Origin: Tubiluchus corallicola
Taxonomy: Eukaryota > Animalia > Priapulida
Length of the DNA stretch: 64,000 nucleotides
Assembly (NCBI GenBank): GCA_030141605.1
Contig: JAQGDQ010000087.1
Span: forward strand, 434,001 to 498,000
Direction of reading: 5' to 3'
Shown here: positions 52,563 through 64,000 of the stretch, in pieces
How the letters are laid out: every line of letters starts with the position of its first letter
Numbering within the stretch: position 1 is the stretch's first letter
Position numbers and translations under genes: made by a program
Notes under the pieces: model-generated
What the model was told of the DNA's origin: nothing
Database searches by the model: none
The model's input: the letters and a program-made list of their open reading frames with translations, nothing else

Positions 52563-55500
52563 AGGCAAACTTAACGCTGTTAAAGGCAGACTATTTAATT
52601 GTTGCAATAATTATTCAGCAAACAATAGCAAGGTAGGCGCTGTATTCAGCAGGCAAATTTTTAAACACAACAAGGTAATAGATCTTAACAATAAGAATTG
52701 AAAAAAGGCGAAAAGTAAAAGAAAGAAGTCAAACACTGCGCACGTTATTTAAATTTATAATATAACTCATATAAATGATGTACAATTAGTCTGTTGCTGG
52801 TATTAACACTCTTGTTCGAGCTAAACTAGAGCAGCTCTAATTATTTCATAGAATAGGAAGCAGCAGTAGAAAAGCCACACACGGCTGTACCAATCAATGG
52901 ATAGCATTATTACAATGTAATGAATGAAGCTCTCAATCCATTTAGTGCATGCTGCTGACGTCAGCAGCACTGTTTGCAGTGCAAGTGGCCGGGTATGGAG
53001 TACTCGCTTGACTCGTTTCATCAGACAAATTAACTGCGTGCGTTTTCCTACGCAAAAGTGCAAATAAGGTTATTATCAGTTTTCTGGTGAATGCGTTGAA
53101 TTCACAAAGGAGACAAAAACATGATTTTATCAACAGGAACAATTTACAATTGTCTATCAGCTTTGGAAATTACTTTCACCCAGAAAGCATCTTATTTGTA
53201 TGTCCGAGAAATCGGAGCCTAGATCATCATCCATTGATGCTTGCCAAATATAAGTTTTCTACAGACGAATAAAATACCGTTCCCTGCGGAATAAACCAAA
53301 CCAGATCATACGCAATTATTAAAATTTGAAATCAAGCTATATATAAATAGATAAACGGATAGGTTTATTAAAATTTAAAAAAAACTTGACTGAGAAAGAA
53401 AAAATGCGAGAACTTGGGACTGAGCATGGCACCCAAGGACTTTAGACATAATTATAAGGCTTGGCATAACATTGCATCCTTGCTTCCCACAGCTCATACT
53501 ACACGTTACAGCTCGCTCACATTATTTCTCGCATTTTAGAAACCTGTTTTCACACACATTGTAGTAGAGAATAGATTTTATAGGTGGGATTTCCCCACCA
53601 GGTCGGCCCAGTACATAAAATGACGAACAGAATGTTGAGAATTTTATAGTCGAGATATTAGCATTTTGATTCAACAATTACGAAAAGCAGTAAAGTGCGT
53701 ATTAGAATAAATTTTCATTGAAATTGAAAATGATACACTTGTCATGCATATCAAGCAATCGTTTCTGCTCCCGTTATTAAAGCATACGTCAATGTAAAAC
53801 TGCAATCAAGCTCAAGTTAGCTTTGTGAGCCGCGGGTTTAGCAAACAATTTGAGCAAAAATGCCTCGCCATTTGAAAAGACATCTCGCAATAAGCTGCTT
53901 CCTCAGATAAGTCAAGGAGATAACTAGGATTACTGATGCAAAAAGGTCACCTTGACAAGGTTATTTTGAATATTTGTACGTTCCACTTCCTCTACATATA
54001 GCTGCACCATTATCTAGGATTTCAAAATATGTAAGTTTAAGTGCAGAAACTTCTATAAGGTCAGCTCTCCCATTACAGTCAGTCATTAAAGGAGACATAA
54101 AAACATTCACTCGGCTTAAATATCACACGTTCACAACACAAACGAAAAATGATGATGACCATGATAATGGTGGATGTTACAGATTCACAGTACAAACGAA
54201 AAATGATAATGACGATGATGACAGTGATGCTGATGATTAGAAAGATAATAATGCTGGTACTAATAATGCTGGACTGATAGCACCATCACGTGCAATAATT
54301 ATAACCATCAGAACTTCGAAACGAGATCTGTAATTAAGAGTACAATGATAGATAATGAAACTGGCAATAAAGACAGATGGTGACATATAGCTTGACGATA
54401 TGAAATGATGATGATTAAGTGATTTTTTTTATTAGTTTGAACTTATTATTATTATCACATTCAGTACAATCTAGTGACATTCAATACACGGTGATATTCA
54501 TATACACTGTCGTCATCATAAAAGAATAATTGTACTACAGTGGGCTAGAGAAGCAAAGGCTTGTATTGGTTCACTGTCATGTGAACCAGATAAAAAAGAA
54601 TTGATACTTGAACAAAAAAAGAACCGGGAGAAACGTTAGATCACACAGGACCGGAAGAAGGATATGGTAGTGCAAATAGTACAAAAGATACAGTAGATTG
54701 TGCGATGTTTACATCAGCTTTAAAAATTTACTAATGATGTCTTTTTCGCATAATCTGTACCAGACTTGTAGTATGGCTGCTGCACTAGGTGTAGGATAAC
54801 AAGAATTGTATTTATTGAAAATCATTGCTTATGTGATAATAATGAATTTCGAAAGTATGTAACTATTCACATTATTTTGTGAACCAGTTTACAATACCAG
54901 CTAAGAATAACAAGCCAATGTGTACTGTTTCATCATTTTCAATGTGACCCATATCATCTAAGTGCACGACCCAAGGTAAGGATGATATAAATACAAGGAA
55001 TTAACATTCTGAAGTAAACTTACTGGTCTAGAATCTAGAAACGTTAACCTTTTCTTTTCAAACTAAACAAGCCTCTTTGATTATATGCATAATCTGTACG
55101 TAAATAGTTTCAACCAAGCCTAATTGCAAACATAGTGCGCAACCACTGCTTGTATTATCTAACAAAATAACATTGCTGTTTTTTCGAGCTTATATAACAG
55201 GCGAAGAAGAATTTCGTGGTCTACATTCATCACTACCATATGCTGGAAGACAGAATTTGCCAATGTATTGCTACATGGGCTTCAGAAAGATGCCTACATC
55301 TCAAATAAATCAAGCAGACGAAATACAAGCATATCTTCTATGATAATAACTCAGAACAATTTCATTGATTATAGGCGTCATCATCGCCGCTGCTGCCGCC
55401 ACCACGAACATCATCATCAGTAATAACTTATACCATAATCATCACCACGTCAAACCTACCAGGGCTACTCAATTTGTGACAGGAACTATGGGTAGACTTA

Positions 55501-57371
55501 TGACGGTTTGTATACCTTCATAAATTCCACAACTACAGGATTCTGGGACATCCTGTTTACTTGACAACCTGACTACTGTAAACTATACTTACTACTTATA
55601 ATCACATTGCCTCTAGGCCAAACTGTTGGCCCTATAAAAGATATTTCAACTATGTTTTGTTGCAACTGTTCTAATCCAGCACAAACACACTATTTTTGTG
55701 CTACAGTCGAAACGCACATCAATCATTTAGTTTGAACAAAAGTAACCTCCCACGCACATTACTGATAGGCATTATTCACACATGCAGTCTACTGGCGCTT
55801 GTATGTCCACAATTAGACCTCAAGTTTAATATGTATTCAACAGCGCGTTCTTTTTACTTAAAGCACAAGAAAACGTTCGACTTACTTAAAGCCTAAAAAA
55901 TCGTCTTGAAATTTTATATCACTTTCATCATGCATTTTGCATATTAGATTTGCGTCGGCGATAACGATGTACAAAACATGTAAATTTAAACGACCGTTAG
56001 GCGCAGCCGTTTTGACTGCAGATAGTTTGAAACAACCTTAAATAACATTATGAAAAGTATGAAAAAATAATCAGAATATTCGGAACGCACACTTCACTAA
56101 CTAAGCAAATGTAAAAATTACTGATCTTGTCAATACACTATCTGATTAAAAGTACTTTTTTGGTGAATCTGTGGTGCACACTGGGAAGGTGAGTCAGTGA
56201 TATTTTACCAGGTGGCGCGAACATTTTAAATTATTAAGAATTTCCTTTTCTAGTTACATAAGTCTTTTCAAGCAGGTAAACGAATGTAACGTAATATAAA
56301 TTGCTTTTTTTCCACATTAAGTTTCTCAGCGGCAGGAGAGCAAACATAAAATGCTAGGAATTAACTTGCGCATGTAAGAACCTCAACAGCCTGATAACGA
56401 AAATTATGTGTTCGGCTGAAACACTTCATAAAACAAATCAAAATATATATGACACAAAAATGTTGACTTATCAACTGCATTTTGAAATTCATTACTTTTA
56501 TGTGGGTAAGTTTCCATGGTGACTATGCATTTCAACAACACAGACTTTCTTGGCAGTCAAAAACATGCAAGTCAAACCTGCTCAAAATAAGCTTATCCAG
56601 CAGAATAGTTGAAAAGGCATCTTTCAGGGCATGAAGGAGGTCAAAATAGGAAATCAATGTCTGGCGTGTAGTAGAGTATGATGGCAAGTTTACGTTCAAT
56701 AAAAGTAGCTGGTTGATTAGGTTAAGAAAACAGTGTGAAGAAGGTGGTATTGATTTCACTCGCCACAATAATCAACACAAAATCGGAGAAATTTCTAGAA
56801 AACCACAAAGTTTTTTGTCTTATCTACCTCGCACGTATCAGGTATTTGTATTAGTAAATGACATACTCGGGAATTTTAATTCGATTGTTGTTAAACCCAC
56901 TCAAAATCATCTACGTTTTTGTATAAATTGCACCAGACAAGGACAATAGCTGCTTGTAAGAAGCTACAAAAGAAACGTGAAAATATGAGCTATGTACGAC
57001 CGAAATTAAGACTAATTTGCTAGTGACTGGGAAGTTTGCAAGTACCTGTTGATGTCGTTCTTGGGGAAACAATTTTCTAGTAGATGATTACACAGCCCTA
57101 AGGAAAAACTACATTGATAAGTAGTTGTCCTACATCTAGGAATGTCTAGGGTAACCAAAAATGTGAAAAGTAACAACAAAAAAGAACGATGCAAAGCTGT
57201 CAGCGTTTAAGAGCCCATGGGGCAACGACGAAAGATCCGGAGAATTTATCTTCCACGGAAATAACAATAACAGAAATTTAAACGTCTACAATTTAATCTG
57301 ATTGCACTACTATAACATATAACAGTCAAAATTCTTCACTGGTGTACCAGAAAAATGACTGTATCATGCGT

Positions 57372-57682
57372 GCGACTGTGGCCTATGGCTGCAGACTCAC
57401 ATGCTTCGAATCTTTGCCAACGCAAGCATCTTAAAGGCGTACTGAAGACCATGGTCGGTTTACTCTGGCAGCTATGCCTGCTATTGTGGCCTATGGGTAT
57501 TCACATAGTTCAGATCTTTGCCAATGCACGCATCTTCAAGACGTACTGAAGACCATGGTCTGCTTATTCAGGTAGCTATGCTTGCGACTGTGGCCTATGG
57601 GTACAGATTCACATGGTTCGAATCTTTGCAGATGCAAGCATCTTAAAGACGTACAGATGACTGGTCTGCTTACTCTTGTAGT
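57372..57682. repeat. Diverged tandem repeat, ~104-108-bp unit x3
   Basis: Units start at 57372, 57480, 57584 (tgtggcctatgg..tcacat..atctttgc..gcatctt..cgtactgaagaccatggtc). Confidence 0.85.
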
Positions 57683-60511
57683 TGTCATTCTTCAGCGCAG
57701 TGGTTTGAACTTTTACTTGGCTGCCTTTCAAAACAAGATTTCTGGTGATGCCTGGTAAACAGCCATGCACGACTAATGGTTCAGGAAATTTATTATTTTT
57801 AATTTTTGTGCAGATTTTAGGAACGTAGTTTACCTGTATCAAAATTCGTATAAAAAGCCTAGCTTCTGTGTCGTACCGTCTTATGTGAATTTTTTTTTGT
57901 ATAATCAACTGTAAAAAAGATTTTGCTGTACAACGGCTAGAAGCAATCTTTGCAGATGTACTTTTCTTGGTCCACATTCTGGCACTCAAGATTGCAAACA
58001 GAAAATCCACGGAGTCATGCCAAGTGTGTTGGCGTGTTGACGGATTACATTCACTATTAATCATGAGAGAGAGTGTGTAACATGGTAGTTAGCCTCCCTT
58101 AACATCTTAGCAAACAAGCTGCTTTGCTGTACACGTTCTTAGATTGCTCTTCAACAGAAATTACAGCAAATCGATTAAGAAAGTTCAATTTAGAAGTAGA
58201 AACGACTCCATTCGAAGGAAATTCAAGGAATGTCATAATGCTGGAATTTATCACTGGTGAATCCACTAGTAATAACACTGAGTGCCAGTGCTCATAAAGT
58301 GAATGAGATTTACTACACCATTAGAGATGAACAATTGCCCGGATGTAGTTCATTGTGAGTTTCCTGTTACCTACTGCGTTAGAAAATATTTCAGCTGCTG
58401 GAAACGAGGCAAAAAATCCAGAGTACTCCCAAGAACTCTACAATTACTACAAGTTGTAATCCTACACCTTTACACGAGGAGGTGTACAAAACTGTATATT
58501 TTTATAAATAAAAAAACTGATTTACATGAAAAAAACTTCTTACCTGAGAACGGACTGTAATTAATCAGGCTTAAGCAACACTTGATGCCAGTACAACACT
58601 GAAGCTTAATTTTAATATTTCGACATGCTCTTATCAAAAACTCTATATAACATAAGAACCTAACACAATTTTAACAATTTTCGCTTCTAAATACATTCTC
58701 TTAGACCTTCAGATTAAGGGTAGTAAATTTAGCAATGCTAAGATCCTTTGTAAGGCATTGATAATTTATTAGTAATTTTTCATTGTGTCTCTTTTGTAAG
58801 TCCATCCGTCGTAGTTTTTGCTTCTTGAAGGTTTTTTATCCACGGCTTTTCTGTTTATTTGCTAACACAGATCGTTTGTTGAAATTTCCATTTAGTCAGT
58901 TTTAACACGCAACTAAGTTTCTGCAAGACCAATGCTGAAATGCGTTTACTTTTGCGTCAGTGCCAAGAAATCAGAGTTGACTGTTTTGAAATGCTGTAGT
59001 AAGTAAATGACATGCTAATGAAAAATGCAACATAGCTCTTGGATAATAACACAAAAACATGCTTCCTGTGGCTACTATGTCCACTTAACTTTTAATTAGC
59101 AATTACTAATTAGCACGCAGTAAAGCCCCCTGACACGACAATTTCCACATTTTTTTACTTGTTTGCTCGTCGTTTTAAAGAATCAGCATACAGCTATCTG
59201 ATTCTGCTTGAACAACTTTTCTGACAAAATATCACACAAACCCTGCCTTAAACTGCTTAAAGGCGTAAAGTATTATAAAACTTTACGTATTTTGCAAAAG
59301 CGAGACCGTTCCCTATAACGAACAAGCAGTAAGCGGCTACACGCAGTTAGAATTTTAAGTGATGGTCATTAAGTTTGTATAAAAACGATTTAAGTTATGA
59401 GTTTCGACAAGCGGAGGTTGTTCGCGAAGGACAAGAGGGGTAAACAGTTATGTAATCTTTCTATTAGGCTACTCTTACACAGATTAATAACAATCACAGC
59501 AAGCAATACACACACTACACTAGCCTATTTGAGACCCAGCTATGTTTAGTGTTTATTTTGTTATTTAAAACCCAGCGCTGGAAATTTAGAACTCGCCTAC
59601 GCGGCCTGTCACGCGTTCCAGCGCACGCTGTAGAATGGAAAAGTCCGGGTTGCACCAGACGAAAACGCCAACAAAATTACTATTGATTTAAATGACGTAA
59701 GCTCAAGTGGCGCGCATTGTGATTGGCTGACAGACACACACCCACCGCGTACCATACACGGAGAGACGCGCTCAGTAGAACGGGTACAACGGGACTAGAA
59801 TTTCCAGTTTTCTTGCAAGGACGACGGGAAAAGTCGACGCAAAACGTGGAAAATATTGAAAATAACTGCTTGTAGGTCCAATAAACCACAGCAGACGCCA
59901 GCAAGTTTACTATATAGCTTCCCGCTGTTACTGATATTATTATAACCATGCTAGTAGATCGGTAAAGCAATAACTACATGTTCAATAAACATCGTGTGAG
60001 GAAAGAATCACTTTACGGCAACAAAATGTGTACATGTAACATAATTTCATTCTAGGCGTCTAAGCACAGCGAACATATAAAAAGACACGAAATATAGCCT
60101 AACTTTACCAGACTAAAATAGACTGGTTCATTCTGTCAACCAGCACTCCCACAGACAGCTTCGCCAAGTTCTGTAGTATGGATAAGATACATGTGTTCAG
60201 GCAGGGCTTTTCTGGACCTGTATAAAAGTCAACTACTAAACACTGGGGCTACGTCCAACTATAGACAACCAACAGTATATCTATTTTTCACTACCAGGCG
60301 GCTTGTACAGAACAAAATAGAAAAACACATTTACTCTCTTTTGTGTTTGCCACAACAAAGTTCATTATTTTTTGCAACTCGGTACGTCAATTTTAATCAT
60401 CACTAAAAATGATAACATTTTTAAGACATTGTCAATGAACAAAGACAGAGACCTTGCATCGCATTCCATAGACAGCATTGTTTGAGGCCATAAAAGTTTG
60501 CAAAAAATATC

Positions 60512-60925
60512 CAGGGGCGTATTAACCAATAGGCTCAGCCTAGGGCGTCAAAGTTTGAGGGGCCTCACATTTTAGCAAAATTCTTATTCTTCTCGGAAAA
60601 TGTGCATACCTTCATATTCATGTAAAGGGCACATTTTATAACACCACAGGTAGTTACGGAGGGCAACTTTTATATAAGTACCACATAACGAACATATGCA
60701 AGGTATTACACTAGCATTTGCGAGGCCTGCTTGAATATAAATGTTATGTAAATACATGTACAATGTAACTAATAATGACCGCGTAGAACCTAGATTAACA
60801 GTGTTTCTAATACACCACAAGTAATTGTTTAATCTGCTCATTACATAAACAACCTTAAATTCACAATAGAGATGGGCGGACAGAACTATCAGCCTAAGGC
60901 GTCGTGAAGTCTTGATACGCCCCTG
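60512..60925. mobile_element. hAT-like MITE
   Basis: TIR CAGGGGCGTAT / ATACGCCCCTG; 8-bp TSD AAAATATC / AAAATACC (7/8); subterminal TCAGCCTA(G/A)GGCGTC at both ends. Confidence 0.85.
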
Positions 60926-61737
60926 AAAATACCTGAACAGTAATAAAACTGGTGGTCTTCTGAAGAATGTAGCCATACGTTTTGATACGTACTTTGAAAG
61001 ATGACGTTCATCAAACCTAATGCCTTACCGAGCCTAGGACCTAACCTTATGAGCACTCATAATTTGCAATCTTCAAAGAAAGATCATTTTATCTTTCCTA
61101 TTTCAAGAAGCCAGTTATCAGACTTAAGACTCTTACTCAGTAACGGTCTATTTCTAAAAACAATGGGAATGGCAGCAACAACTTTCATGCCTCGCAAGGC
61201 TTACATATGATTACTCTATTCTACTTTGCAGCCAAAAAAGGCGTCTATAAGCGACCAAAAGCAACAAAGTTACAGAAAAAGTAAAACAAACGAGCAAGCG
61301 TTAGGTTACTTCATCCACTTTTGACGAATTTCTTCTAATTTGAGTTCAGATTTCATGCTTCTCCCATGTTTGCACTCATGAGATTCCACTCATCTTTCCC
61401 TCAAAAGACAGCAGGCAGTTTTGGCCACCATCTCTCGCAAATCTGAACATGCCTCAGCACTTAACGTGAATCTGTTTTCTCCTCACATCAACGAAGATTC
61501 TCAAGTTGTGATTGCAATTTGTAAATAACTGCTGGGGAGAGCAGCAGGTTAGCCACGGCAATTACATGAACTCACCTCACTAATGGTGCTGTCACTAGCG
61601 TTCAAAATTGCAATAAAATACAATGATAACATTTTCCTTGAGAGTTTGATCAAGTAATAAATATATGAAGGTAAACCAGCACTGCTCTAAAATGACCTTG
61701 CTTATCTTAACTAATGTGTAAATCTTTTAGCTTACTT

Positions 61738-62043
61738 GAATGCATACTACGAATCTTTATGTAAGACAATGTATTCAACTGGAATGCATACTACGAATCT
61801 TTATGTAAGACAATGTATTTAATTGGAATGCATACTATGAATCTTTATGTAAGACAATGTATTCAACTGGAATGCATACTACGAATCTTTATGTAAGACA
61901 ATGTATTTAACTGGAATGCATACTACGAATCTTTATGTAAGACAATGTATTCAACTGGAATGCATACTACGAATCTTTATGTAAGACAATGTATTCAACT
62001 GGAATGCATACTACGAATCTTTATGTAAGACAATGTATTTAAT
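61738..62043. repeat. Minisatellite, 44-bp unit x7 (GAATGCATACTACGAATCTTTATGTAAGACAATGTATTCAACTG)
   Basis: Head-to-tail near-identical units. Confidence 0.95.
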
Positions 62044-62652
62044 GAGTCCTTAAATGCTTCTACTGACTAAAAAATAACGAAATCCAAACTACAGCAATGC
62101 GAAATTAAGTGTAAGCGTGACATTGAATTAAATGTCGACAATAACCACCTGTAAAACAATAAACGCATCAACCACGCCCATCACCGCGAAGGCCAACGAC
62201 AGCAACAGCAAATAACAACATAATTATTACCACCTCACCAACAATGGTCACAAAAGTTTACCAAATGACACCATCATCACCATCTCGTCATCATCATAAT
62301 CAGCAGCAGCAGCTGCAGCAGCATATTCGCCCACGATTGATAACTTTACGAGCTTCATATCGCTTGCTACACATGTACTTAATAACAGATAGTTTCATTC
62401 ACAAATCGTTTATGAGTTATTATTAATGATGACAGACATGTGATTAATGATCCATAAAAAACATTTGTAGTCAATAGTCACTCTGTCAGTGATTAGCTTA
62501 CATCCAAGGTAGCATCCAATGCCCGAGGTTAATTTACTGCATCAAATTACACCCAGCCTGGTTGTTGCTGGCAATCCAAAAACCATGCTAGCATCACGTT
62601 AAAATTCTATTCAAAAATTGCTGTAATAGCTTTGAGTGATACGATCACTTAC

Positions 62653-62844
62653 CGTAGCCGAACAAATCCCTGCAAAACTCTACGAATTCAGGTCCTAGTG
62701 AGTACAACGATATACAACAGTCTTCAGACGACTCGTCCAAGCAATACTCATCAACGTGTTTATGCGGCATGATTATATCACAGTGTAACAGAGCTTCCAA
62801 TAGATGATGCTCCTCAGCCTGGCACCTAGCACTGGAGATATTCA
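62653..62844 (-). CDS. Candidate alternative HIF-alpha exon (internal first exon from ATG 62770: MPHKHVDEYCLDESSEDCCISLYSLGPEFVEFCRDLFGY-G; or a 192-nt phase 1-1 cassette exon)
   Basis: Consensus donor TACG|gtaagt in phase 1, matching the phase-1 acceptor at 48581; open frame; ATG with A at -3; possible acceptor ctcactttctcag| at 62844. No homology to known HIF domains that I can recognise. Confidence 0.5.
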
Positions 62845-62899
62845 CTGAGAAAGTGAGCTATGGAATCCGCCGCCACCGCTTGCTTCAACCGAAGATTAT

Positions 62900-63665
62900 A
62901 TGACGTGCTAAATTTAGTTGGTTTTACGCAGGATTACACCAAAGAAACCCAGCAGGCATATATGGATAGGTCTCGCTACAAGCAGGTTCAAACTACTATG
63001 CACGTGCTCACCTATGGACTTGTATACGCTGATCACATACCTGATTATTGATAAGCAACCAGTTATCAAGGGAGTGTAAATCTGTTCGATACACACCAAG
63101 TCTCACCTACGAGGCTGATCCATCAATGCCATGAAATCAATAGTGCTCTACTGTTTTGCAAGAAATGCACGCAGACGAATCGTTAAAATGGGTATTATTC
63201 GAATTTCAGTGAATTCACTGTCCAGGTACGAATTTTTCTGCAGCTCAAGGTCGTTTGCAAAAAGCTATACTTATTCATATCTCACATGGCCTACTCTCGT
63301 TTAGTCGCAGCGAAAAATCGCAAGCACGTGAATTTTTAAATCATTAATGGCAGCAACTAACTACAGCCAGCTTGAACTTCAGATTTTTGCAGCTACAGGT
63401 AGCTGAACAGCACCACGTGTACATAAAATGCAGGCAAGTTAGCACGTGTAAATTGTAGCCAAGTGCGCATGCGCAATTTACATTCTTTACGGTCGTAAGT
63501 ATAAAGGTACTCTAGTCACTATACAACTCATGCGCGCTATTTTACGATTGGTGCATTTCTTCGGAAATCGATTTCGTAACCAGCTAAACGAAAAATTTGA
63601 GCGTCTTTAAAATGAACGTCTGGCCTTGATTTCATGAATACATGAACTGCTCTTCTGCGTGCCTC
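62900..63665 (-). promoter_or_regulatory. Putative internal promoter/enhancer of HIF-alpha: HRE/E-box cluster, NRF-1 site and CCAAT box
   Basis: CACGTG at 63001, 63325, 63414, 63443; further RCGTG cores at 62903, 63168, 63657; perfect NRF-1 consensus TGCGCATGCGCA at 63464-63475; ATTGG at 63547-63551; visibly CpG-richer than flanks. Confidence 0.5.
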
Positions 63666-63873
63666 TTTCAGTGAAGCATCACAGTGGCCTTGAACAAGAT
63701 TTAATGGTTCTGTAAAAGATAATTCACCCTACTCCTGAATGCAAACTCTTGAGACCGGGGAGTGCTTTAAACAGTCGTTACTCGCCAAGCCCAGGCCATT
63801 CTTGACTGTTTTCCTTTGCAGCAAAAACGATGGATGTACTCAAAATACAGCAAAAATTTAAACAAAAAAGTTT

Positions 63874-63995
63874 AGGAGGAGAGAGCGAGAGACAAAGAGG
63901 GGGAGAGTGTTTGTGTGTGAGAGAAAAGGGGAAGAGAGTGAAGAATGAGGAGAGAAAGAGGAGAAGAAAGAAGGGCGAGAGCGAGAGAAAGAGAT
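63874..63995. repeat. GA-rich low-complexity purine tract
   Basis: Directly visible. Confidence 0.8.
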
Positions 63996-64000
63996 TGTCT

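Noticed and set aside
51446-62043. 27-bp (51446-51631) and 44-bp (61738-62043) arrays as CRISPR candidates
   Set aside because: No spacers; ordinary minisatellites.
48600-62600. bHLH, PAS or NODD (LxxLAP) exons of HIF-alpha; ORFs such as 49864..50076, 51063..51305, 57609..58064
   Set aside because: None shows HIF motifs or a convincing phase-compatible splice-site pair on manual inspection; small exons could still have been missed.
62690-62740. EDCCISLYSLG as a diverged NODD tail (human GDTIISLDFG)
   Set aside because: The LxxLAP core with the target proline is absent; similarity too short to support.
62860-63051. Plus-strand 63-aa ORF MESAATACFNRR...
   Set aside because: No recognisable homology or splice support; overlaps the putative minus-strand 5' region and is probably incidental.

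Overview
AT-rich eukaryotic (invertebrate animal, probably lophotrochozoan) genomic DNA, not prokaryotic; almost all ORFs in the supplied track are spurious. Two convergent intron-containing genes can be assembled from GT-AG exons with consistent phases. (1) On the + strand is a tubby-family gene (TUB/TULP/king-tubby type) with 9 coding exons from 8724 to the stop at 34326; its first exons were not found and probably lie upstream of the window. (2) On the - strand is the C-terminal half of a hypoxia-inducible factor alpha (HIF-alpha) gene with 5 coding exons from 48581 down to the stop at 42668, including the prolyl-hydroxylation motif LEMRAPYIPM and the C-TAD motif YDCEVNAP; its bHLH/PAS/NODD exons were not found in the window. 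The two long putative 3' UTRs end about 1 kb apart and are separated by a ~135-bp tandem array. Introns contain many non-autonomous DNA transposons (hAT with 8-bp TSDs, TTAA/Kolobok-like, Tc1/mariner-pogo-like), 5S-rRNA-derived SINE fragments and minisatellites. The most interesting signal lies inside the large HIF-alpha intron: a phase-compatible exon (62653-62844) directly downstream of a dense cluster of CACGTG/RCGTG (HRE-type) sites, an NRF-1 site and a CCAAT box. This suggests a HIF-inducible internal promoter making a short HIF-alpha isoform without bHLH-PAS (inference, untested).
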